From positions 18,383 to 82,382 of the forward strand of contig WAKA01000095.1 of NCBI GenBank assembly GCA_015523565.1: 64,000 nucleotides of DNA, given 5' to 3'. Origin of the DNA: Candidatus Heimdallarchaeota archaeon (GTDB taxonomy: Archaea; Asgardarchaeota; Heimdallarchaeia; Heimdallarchaeales; Kariarchaeaceae). A model generated the notes under the pieces. That model saw only the letters and a list, made by a program, of their open reading frames with translations, had not been told where the DNA came from and ran no database searches. Below are positions 9,153 to 19,800 of this stretch, piece by piece. Numbering within the stretch: position 1 is the first letter of the stretch; each line of letters starts with the position of its first letter. The translations under genes and the position numbers were made by a program.

Positions 9153-10724
9153 ATGGGTAACCCCGGGAATGAGGAAACAACAGAAAAAAAAATCCAAAAA
9201 TTTCTTGAACTCAAAAAACAAGCCATGTTAGGCGGGGGGGAAAAACGAATCCATGCACAACATGAAAAAGGCAAGTATACTGCCCGTGAAAGAATTCAGT
9301 TGCTTATGGATCCAGGCTCTTTTGTAGAACTCGGGGGATTTGTAACGCATCACAAAACCGAATTTGGTCTTGACAAAAAAAAATATCTGGGTGACGGTGT
9401 TGTCACTGGCTACGGTCGTGTCAATGGCAGGCTGGTTTATGTCTATGCACAAGATTTTACGGTATTGGGCGGTTCTCTTGGAAATTCACACGCCAAAAAA
9501 ATTGTAAACATAATGAATCTTGCATTGAAAACTGGTGCTCCACTTGTCGGTTTCAATGATTCTGGTGGTGCCCGTATCCAAGAAGGTGTTGATGCCTTGG
9601 CAGGTTATGGTGAAATTTTCTTTCACAACGTTCTTGCTTCTGGTGTGATTCCCCAAATCTCTGTCATTGTTGGCCCTTCAGCAGGTGGCGCAGTTTATTC
9701 TCCTGCCCTAACTGACTTTATCATCATGACAAAAGAAACATCACATATGTTTGTCACTGGTCCATCTGTCGTAAAAACGGTCACTGGTGAGGACATTTCC
9801 TTTGAAGAACTTGGCGGGTCTACAACCCATACCCTGAAATCAGGAGTCGCACACTTTGACGGAGCAGACGAAAAGGAAAGTATCGAATTGATCAAGAAAA
9901 TTCTAAGCTACCTGCCATCAAACAACTTAGAGGATCCTCCCGTTATCACTCCAACTGATGATAAATCCCGAACCAGTGAAAAACTCAATCGCATCATTCC
10001 AGATGATTCCAAATTGCCATACGATATGAAAGAGGTAATAAAAGAAGTCGTGGATCATGGTGAATTCTTGGAAATCCAAGAAAAATGGGCTAAAAACATC
10101 ATTATAGGTTTTGCACGTTTGAATGGCTATCCTGTTGGAATTGTTGCAAACCAACCTCCTGTGCTTGCAGGCGCTCTTGATAGTGAGGCAAGTATAAAGG
10201 GTGCAAAGTTTGTCAGGTTATGTGATGCATTCAATATTCCCATTATTACCTTTGTTGATGTCCCTGGCTTTCTTCCAGGAGTGGATCAGGAATGGAAGGG
10301 AATTATCAGAAATGGCGCAAAGCTTCTTTATGCATATTGTGAAGCTACAGTTCCAAAAATTGCAGTAGTTACGAGAAAAGCATTTGGTGGCGCATATATT
10401 GTCATGTCTTCAAAACATTTGCGGACTGACGTCAATTTCGCATGGCCAATGGCGGAAATTGCAGTCATGGGATCGGAAGCGGCAGTCAACGTGATTTTCA
10501 GAAGGGATTTGGAAAAAGCTGAAGATCCAATTGCCAAACAAAAGGAAATAGAGGCAGAATACCGAGAAAAGTTCTATAACCCATATTCTGCGGCATCATT
10601 TGGATACATCGACGAGGTAATCCTCCCTTCAGAAACCAGACCAAAACTCATTGAAGCACTCTGGCCCCTACTGACAAAACGTGAAAATCGATTTCCCAAA
10701 AAACATGGTAATATCCCATTATAG
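9153..10724 (+). CDS. Acyl-CoA carboxylase carboxyltransferase subunit (PccB / methylmalonyl-CoA carboxyltransferase 12S family)
   Basis: It shows the fused N- and C-terminal carboxyltransferase architecture at 523 aa. Conserved stretches include DFTVLGGSLG, GARIQEG, GPSAGGAVYSPALTDF, PGFLPG..QEW.GIIRNGAKLLYA and RKAFGGAY. Confidence 0.9.
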   Translation: MGNPGNEETTEKKIQKFLELKKQAMLGGGEKRIHAQHEKGKYTARERIQLLMDPGSFVELGGFVTHHKTEFGLDKKKYLGDGVVTGYGRVNGRLVYVYAQDFTVLGGSLGNSHAKKIVNIMNLALKTGAPLVGFNDSGGARIQEGVDALAGYGEIFFHNVLASGVIPQISVIVGPSAGGAVYSPALTDFIIMTKETSHMFVTGPSVVKTVTGEDISFEELGGSTTHTLKSGVAHFDGADEKESIELIKKILSYLPSNNLEDPPVITPTDDKSRTSEKLNRIIPDDSKLPYDMKEVIKEVVDHGEFLEIQEKWAKNIIIGFARLNGYPVGIVANQPPVLAGALDSEASIKGAKFVRLCDAFNIPIITFVDVPGFLPGVDQEWKGIIRNGAKLLYAYCEATVPKIAVVTRKAFGGAYIVMSSKHLRTDVNFAWPMAEIAVMGSEAAVNVIFRRDLEKAEDPIAKQKEIEAEYREKFYNPYSAASFGYIDEVILPSETRPKLIEALWPLLTKRENRFPKKHGNIPL

Positions 10725-10835
10725 ATTATGCAGTGAAAACAGAACCTTAATCCCTTGACTATTTTATGACTAAATAATCAATCTAACACATATTTTAAGA
10801 ATTGTCAGTCAATCAGTCACATAGAAATTACTATA

Positions 10836-13800
10836 GTGATCAATATGAGTGGCAACGACTCCCAAAAAATAAAAATCGAAACTCCTGAAATCTATGATTA
10901 TGAACCTGTTGCAATTGTCGGTATTGGTGCAATCATGCCCGACGCACTTAATGCCAAGGAATTTTGGGAGAATATCAAATCTGGTAAAAACAGTATCACT
11001 GAAGTGCCCAAAGAACGATGGGATCCTGAATTGTTTTACGACCCTGACCCAAGTGTTCCAGACAAGACCTACACTAAAATCGGAGGTTTCATAAAAAATT
11101 TTGAGTTCAATGGAATTCAATTCCGTATTCCACCAAAAATTGCCAGTAAGCTTGACCCAATCCAACAAATGGCTTTGACTGCCGCAAAGGAGGCATTGGA
11201 AGACGCCAATTATGAATCCGATTCATTCAATAAAGAACGAACTGCCGTAATCTTAGGAAATTCTATGGGTGGCGAAATTGTTAGGCAATATACCAGAAGG
11301 GTCTATTTTCCTGAAATTGTCAGAACATTAAAACAAACAAAAGCCTTCAATACACTTGATCAGGATGCACAACAACAATTGTTAATTGAAGTTGAGAAAG
11401 AATATAAATCACATCTGGAAGAAATCACTGAAGATTCCATGCCTGGGGAGCTTGCCAATGTAATTGCCGGTCGTATTGCAAATGTTTTCAATCTTAGGGG
11501 AAAAAACATGACCACTGATGCAGCATGTGCATCCTCTATGGCCGCCATTGACGAGGCCTTCAAAAGCCTTGTGGCACATGAAGTCGATGCAGTCGTCTGT
11601 GGTGGTGCTGACAGGTCAATGGATGTCAGTACATATGTCAAATTTTGTAAAATTGGTGCACTGTCACCTGATGGATCATTTCCTTTCGATGCAAGGGCAA
11701 ATGGCTTTGTCATGGGTGAAGGTGTGGGATTCTTTGTCCTGAAACGTCTTTCAGATGCAATTCGAGATGGCAACAAAATTTATGCATTAATCAGGGGCGT
11801 GGGTTCATCATCTGATGGAAAAGGAAAAGGGATTACTGCCCCAAATCCAATAGGACAGCAACTTGCAATAGAAAGGGCATATAAGCTTGCAGGTATCTCA
11901 CCTGCTGAAGTGACATTAATTGAGGCTCATGGGACATCCACAAAAGTTGGTGACGTTGTTGAAGTCGAAACGTTGCATAAGGTATTCAACAAATACAATC
12001 TACCCAAACAAAGCATTGCATTAGGTTCAATCAAAAGCCAAATCGGACACCTGAAAAGTGCGGCTGGTGCAGCTGCGATCATAAAGACTGCTTTGGCATT
12101 ATATCACAAAATCTTGCCCCCCTCAATAAATTTCGAAACTCCCAATCCAAAAATTGATTGGAGCAATTCCCCCTTTTATGTCAACACACAAGCTAAAGAG
12201 TGGATTCATCCTTCAACAAAGCCACGTAAGGCAGGAGTGTCATCATTTGGTTTTGGAGGAACAAATTTCCACGTGGTAATGGAAGAATATGACCCAAATT
12301 TTGACTATTTTGCCCCCCTAAAGGAAAAGGAAAGGCATAAGGAAACAGAACCATTCGCCTTTCAAGAATTCATTGCCAAAAATAAACATCTCCAAGGAGA
12401 GGCATTTGCAATATCTGGCAAGGATGAAAGCGAATTAAAGGAAAATATTGAATTTTTCTTCAACAGCCTTCCCGAAAATACCTTCTTAGAAGACCCTGAA
12501 ATGCCTTCCCTAACAGAAATTCGAGATCAGGTCAAGTTCAAACCAAATGATGGCTATCGCGTCGCCTTTGCAGCTAATTCTTTGGAACAAATCCATGATA
12601 AAAAAGAAATAATCAACAAGGCAATCTTGACCCCTTCATTCCGAAAAGCGGCGCAGAAAAGAGGCATTTACTTCTCGCAAGATCTCCCAACAGGAAAAAT
12701 TGCATTTGTCTTCCCTGGTCAAGGGTCTCAATATGTAAACATGCTAAAAGACCTTCGTGACAGGTATGAAATAGTTCAGAAAACATTTGAAGAAGCAGAT
12801 ACGGTATTGGAGGAATTTCTAGGAAGAAAACTTTCTGAAATTATTTTTGCTTCCAATCATCAAATAAAGGATAATGAGGAGTTGCTTAAGCAAACCCAAT
12901 TCACCCAACCTGCAATGCTTACTGCCGATATTGCAATATTTAGATTGCTGAAAATGCATGGAATTGTCCCTGAAATGGTTGCAGGACACTCTCTCGGTGA
13001 ATATGCCGCATTGGTCGCTGCAGGTGTACTTTCGTTCCCAGACGCCTTGAAGGCAGTTGCCATAAGGGGAAGGGCTATGGCTAATGTTGATTCAGAAGAC
13101 AAGGGAACAATGGCGTCTGTCTCAGCTCCTTTTGAGAAGGTTCAGGAAGTGCTTAAGACAGTTGATGATTATGTAATTGCCGCTAACCTGAACAGTGTAA
13201 AAAGAATTGTCATTTCAGGGTCAACCCAAGGCGTCAAGAAAGCTATGGAAAAATTCAAGGAACTCGGCATTCAAACTGTTCCCTTATCTGTTTCTGCCGC
13301 TTTCCATACTGATATCGTTGCTCCAGCGGCAAAGGAACTTGCAGAGTTCCTAAAGACAATTGAATTCAAATCACCTCGCATTAAGGTTTCTTCGAATGTT
13401 CTTGGCGATTTTTACCCTGATGACCCTGATGAAATCAGGGCACTTCTTGAAAAACAAGTTGAATCCCCTGTTCATTGGATACAACAATGTGAAACCATGT
13501 ATCAAGCTGGAGCAAGAATTTTCTTTGAAGTGGGTCCAAAAAGGGCTCTTGCTACCTTTGTGCAAGAAAATCTTGAAGGGAAGGACATTGTCTCACAAAT
13601 CACAAATCATCCAAAGACAGGCGACATTTACCAATTCAATGATGCTATTGCATTGGCAAGAGCTTTGGGTATTCAGGTCTCATTTATTGATTTTGAATAT
13701 CCGAAACCAAAAGTCAAGCCAAAGAAAGCTGATCCTCTTCCAAAAATAAAACAGCAAATTACTGCTAAAACAGAATATAATCCAAATGAATTGGCCAATT

Positions 13801-16800
13801 TTGTTAAAACACAACCTTCTCTTCAAAAAATCATTAATGATGAGCTGTTTGAACAGTTTCTTAAACATCAAGGTCAAGCCTTCAATAATTTTCTTTTGGA
13901 GGCATTTGAGGGATTCAAGAAAACAATCAAGGAATCAAATGCCATTGCAGAAAAAGTACAGAGGCTTGGATTAAATCTTGATGACATTGTCATTACAGGA
14001 ACAGGTGTCGGACTTCCTGGAAAATTCAAGGAAATATTTGACGAACGTAATATTGAGCTGATATTGGATGGTTATAATTTCATTGACCCTGTAGGCGACC
14101 GAAAACTCAAACAACAAACCGACAAGAATATCGTAAAACTTGTCAAAAGGGATAGGGGTCAACCTACACTTGAGAAAATCAATAATATTAGGGATGTCAT
14201 AAAGCTTGCCGCCCAAGGAGGAAAATTTGACTTTGTCGAAGAATTCCAACTTGGTGAGAAAATTGTTGAAGCTTACGATAGAACCACAAAACTTGCCATC
14301 GCCGCTGGATTGGAGGCATTAAAGGATGCAGGCATCCCATTGGTCAGAAGCTATACAAAAACAAGCACTGGAAGTTATCTCCCTAGCGATTGGGTATTGC
14401 CAGAAGATCTACGCGAAGATACCGGTGTCATCTTTGCTTCCGCATTTCCAGGATATGACAGCTTAGTTCAGGAAATGACCAAGTTCTATGAAAGCAAATA
14501 TGCAGGAGAGGCATTGGATGTTCTAAGAAAAGTTTATGGCGAAATTGTCAGGAAATTGGGAAACAAGGATGAGTATAGGGAATTTGTCGAATTTCTGGAA
14601 CAGAATCTCAACGAACTTGAAGAACATAAGTCGGTCTACCAGTTCAACAGAAAATTCCTTTTCAAGATCCTCTCGATGGGTCATTCTCAATTTGCACAAC
14701 TTATCAAGGCGTATGGTCCCAACACACAGGTCAATGCCGCATGTGCATCCACAACACAAGCAGTTGGAATTGCCAATGATTGGATAAGATCTGGTAGATG
14801 CAAAAGAGTCATCCTCATTGGTGCAGATGATGCTTCAGGTGAAAACCTATTTGAATGGATAGGTTCTGGATTCTTGGCTTCAGGTGCAGCAACAACAAAA
14901 GAAAAGGTATCTGAAGCAGCCTTGCCATTTGACCGAAGAAGACATGGAATGATCATTGGAATGGGGGCAGTTGGAATTGTAATTGAAACAGCAGAAGAAG
15001 CAAAACGACGAGGCATTAAACCCATCGTCAAAATACTTGGGACATATTATTCCAATTCTGCATACCATGGAACAAGACTCGATGTCAATCATATTTCATA
15101 TGAATTGGAAAAATTCTTCAAAAAAATAAACGCGACCACTGGTCTGACTCCTGAACAGATTGCAAACTCTGCAATGTTCATGAGTCACGAGACATATACT
15201 CCTGCTAGAGGTGGGAGTGCCGCCGCTGAAATACAATCGCTCCGTCATGTCTTTGGTGAAAATGCTTCAAAGATCATCATTGCAAATACAAAAGGATTTA
15301 CTGGTCATCCAATGGGCGCAGGTATTGAAGACGCAATAGCAATCAAGGCACTGCAATACGGGAAAATTCCTCCAATTGCCAATTTCAAAGAACCTGATGA
15401 GACATTGGGAAACCTTTCCCTTTCCAAAGGTGGAAAATACAATGTCAAATATGCAATCCGTTTGGCCGCAGGCTTTGGATCACAGCTTGCATTCGCCCTT
15501 TATGAAAAGGCTGCGGGAATGGATAGGGAAACTCCTCAATATGAGCAATGGCTTAAATCAATTGGTGGCTCAAAGGCAGACCTAATTAAAGTTGGAAAGA
15601 CATTAAGATTAAAAGACAACGGACCACCAAAGAAATCAATCCAAAAGACCAAAATTGTCAAAAAAGTCAAATCCCCTACTCGACCCATTCCCGCAACAGT
15701 TGCAAAACAAAAATCAACACACGCAAATGACATCTTGGAATGGATCGCAAATGAAACTGGCTATCCAAAAGACCTTCTTGATGATTTTGTAAATCCTGTA
15801 AAGGATCTAGGAATAAATGCTCAGAAGCTCGCTTCTGTTGTAGGACAAACAAATGTTGATAATCTGACAATTGCAGATCTCAAAAAACTTTCTTTCAAAG
15901 ACACTTCACCCCAAAAATCCACCCCTATATCCACGAAACCTGACTCTCCAAAAGATGTGAAAGTTCAAAAACGAACAATGACATCTCAAGATGGTGTTAT
16001 CAAAGAAATTGTGAAAATTGTCGCTGAAAAGACGGGCTATCCTGAAGAAATGCTTGATCCCAATCTTGATATGGAGGCGGATTTGGGTATAGATACCGTT
16101 AAACAGGCTGAACTCTTCGGTTTGATACGGGAACATTACAATATTCCTTTGATTGAAGACCTTGATCTTTCTGAATATAACACCCTTGCAAAAATTGCGG
16201 ATTTTGTCAATGAGCATTCGTCATTTGAATCTAAAGCTACTGTTTCATCATCTTCCTCTTCCGCAAACATTGGCATTTCACAAGATCAAGATGAAATCAT
16301 TAAGACAATTACGTCTTTGATTGCCGAACAAACTGGTTATCCCAACGAAATGCTTGAACCCGACTTGGACATGGAAGCAGATCTGGGAATTGATACTGTC
16401 AAACAAGCAGAGTTGATTGGGATGATCCGAGATTATTACAACATCCCATTGATTGAAGACCTCGACATATCTGAATACAATACAATCCGTAGGATTGCTA
16501 ACTTTGTCATGGAATATGCACCCGCCTCCGACAAAAAACAGGTGGTAGTACATAAAGAGGCAAGAGATCAAGATAGGATTCTGAAAACTATCACATCAAT
16601 TATTGCAGAAAAAACTGGTTATCCTGAAGAGATGCTTGAACCTGACTTGGATATGGAGGCAGACTTGGGAATTGACACCGTGAAACAGGCAGAACTAATC
16701 GGTGTCATCAGGGAACACTACAATATCCCATTGATTGAAGACCTTGATATATCTGAATACAATACGATCCGAAAAATTAGTAAATTTGTCATTGAAAACA

Positions 16801-19800
16801 CAAAACCTACAACAGAAATAGAAAGAAAAGAAATTGAAGATGATAAAACTCCAATACTGCAAACGATTACAAAAATAATTGCAGAAAAAACTGGTTATCC
16901 TGAAGAGATGCTTGAACCTGACTTGGACATGGAAGCAGACTTGGGAATTGACACGGTGAAACAGGCAGAACTGATCGGTGTCATTAGAGAGCATTACAAC
17001 ATCCCATTGATTGAAGACCTTGACATATCTGAATACAATACCATTTCCAGAGTGGCGGATTTCGTCATGCAATATAAGCCACAAGAATCTAAGCCGCAAG
17101 AATCATCTCAAAAAGAAAAATCCAAGGAAAGGCAACAAGAAACCCAAAAGGAAAACGAAAAATCCAATGGTGAAATGCTGATCATCCAAAAACTGAAAGA
17201 AAAAGTTTCTGAACTGACTGGTTTCCCTGCAGAATTGGTTGAGGAAAATATCGACTTGGAAAAAGAAATGGGTATTGACAATGCACAAATATTACAGTTG
17301 ACAAAATCCCTCCTCGATGATTTAAATCTACCAGACATGAAAGTCACTGCAACAAGCATCAAGGAAATAGCACAAGAAATTTCAAAACTTTCGCCCTCTT
17401 CCCAAAAAACTTATCGGTACGTAATTGAGATGCAGGAATCACCTAGAACCCTTGATCCAAAGAACATTGATTTCATTGTCCTTACTGAAGAGAAATTGGA
17501 AAATGTCAAAACAGTGGATCTCGATGGTCTAGAACAAACTGAATGCAATCACCTATTGATATTGAATCCCAAACCTGATTTCAATATCTCCAAACTTTTT
17601 GAAATTCTGAAAGGGAAAATTGATGCACTAAAATCATTTGGCGTTGCAGAAACAATTTCAAGACCAAAATCCATAAACGATATCTCTCCAATTACAGGGG
17701 CAATTGGTGGCATGGCAAAAACCCTGATGCATGAGTTCAATATCAATGCAAAAATAATTGCCGCAAATGATCTCCGTGTCATATTGAATGAATTTACTGA
17801 TCAAAATCCCGATATTGAAGTCGTTTTTGATGGATCAAAACGCCTAGTGCCTGCATTGAAAGAAATGGATCTCCCTGTTCCCACTGACATCTCCCTTCCT
17901 AAAGGAAGCAATTTTATAGTCTCTGGAGGCGCTCAAGGAATTACCTTTGAATGTATCATGCCAATTGTAAAATCATCAGAAAACGTTCGGGTGATCCTTA
18001 TTGGTCGAACTGAAATTAAGGAAAATGCATCGGAAATTGCACAAATGTCTGATGAACAACTCAAAGAAAAGAAAAATGAACTTCTTGCACAATTAAAGGA
18101 AAAACATGAAAAAGTGACTCCAGTAATGCTGAACAAAGAATGGTCAAAAATCATAAAATCTGCCATTGTCTACCAGAATATTGAGAAATTGAAATCAATG
18201 GGTGCAGAAGTTGTATATATTCAATCAGACATTACTGCTCCCTCTCTCCCCGATAAAATTAAATCCAACATTATTCCTGACAAACCTGTTTTCATTGTCC
18301 ATGGTGCTGGTGTAGAAATATCAAAAGCAACAAAATCCAAACTCACCTCTGAATTTGAATTGGTTTACAACATAAAGGTTGTAGGCATTGAAAACCTCTT
18401 GAAATCAGTTAAACAAGAGAATGTCAAAAGAATCATTTCATTCACTTCTGTTGCTGGTCGTTTTGGAAATGCGACACAAATTGACTATTCTGCCGCAAAT
18501 GAATATCTTGCAAAACGAATGGCAATGCTAAAACGCCAAGGGGTCTCTGCAACCTCTATTGATTGGTCTGCATGGGCAGAGATTGGAATGGCAACAAAAG
18601 ACACGACAATGAAGGTATTACAGGCTGCGGGTGTAACCCCGATTCCTCTGAAAGACGGTGTTGCCCGTTTCCTTTCTGAATTCTTCAATTCCACCGAAGA
18701 CGAAGTCGTAATAAGCGGCAAACTGGGAATGTTGGCAAAAGGCACTAAATTCGTAAAAAATGACAAAATACCTCTTCCAGCAACAGAAAACAAGAAAAAA
18801 CTATCGTCCCAGAAGCAAAGAAAAGAAGAAGGTGCAAGGAAACAGGAAGCACAAGCTAAATCTGAATCAACCCAAAAGATGGTGACGATAAAAGAACCTC
18901 AAACTGAAAAAACAAAAGAAATAGCGAAAACAAGAGCACCTAACCAAATCAAATCACAATTACATAAGGAACAACCTGTCACAAAAAAAGAACAGAAGAC
19001 ATTCCCCATTCTTAATCCTGAATTTCCTATGATGCATGGAACAATAACAATCAACAAAATTATTGCGGGTAAAAAAGTGTTGAACTTAGAACAGGATTTG
19101 TATCTTGATGACCATCGTATTGACGGAAAAGCTGTTCTCCCCGGTGTTATGGGTCTTGAGTTTTTCACTGAGTTTGTAAACTATCATGGTGGCAAGGTAA
19201 CAGGGATGAGATCTGTTGTTTTTTCATCCCCTGTCAAACTTCCAAAAGACAAGCCCCTTGAAATTTTTGTCATTCCAGAAAAAGTTACTGGTTTGAATTC
19301 AATCAAACTTACTCTCAAATCTAAATTCATTGGTCCAGATGGCAAACAACTAGGGGATCTCCGACCCCATTTTGTTGCAGAAATTATTGAAGGAGAATTA
19401 GCTCCTGGTTATCCCTTCCTTCCCGCAACACAATCAAAATGGTTCATTAAGGAGAACTTGGTGATTCCTAAGGAAAAGATCTATGAAGTCTTTTTCCATG
19501 GACCTTCATTCCAAGTCCTTGACGGAATCATAAATTTGGGTGCCAACAGTATTTCTGCCGTATACAATGAACCTAATGAACCCCTGTTCCCTGACAAGAA
19601 TGCATCTGTGCACCTTGCACCTAGACTTATTGAGGCATGTTTCCAAACAGCAGGCATGTATGATTTACTCATCAATAAAACCATGTCCCTTCCAAATGGC
19701 ATTACAAAAATTCAACTCTACCAAGGATTTGAGAATGCAAAATATATCCATGCCACCCAAACAAGATCAAAGAACAATATTTCCCATTATAACGTCTTTG

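Noticed and set aside
15990-17075. Regularly spaced repeats that could suggest a CRISPR array or satellite.
   Set aside because: The period is about 276-300 bp. The repeats are in frame inside one long ORF and encode a conserved protein domain. There is no short repeat/spacer structure and there are no cas genes.
15906-17362. A series of minus-strand ORFs (15906-16217, 16278-16571, 16695-17099, 17103-17362) that look like a repeated small-protein family.
   Set aside because: They are antisense shadows of the tandem carrier-domain repeats in the megasynthase gene. Their apparent paralogy only mirrors the sense-strand repeat.
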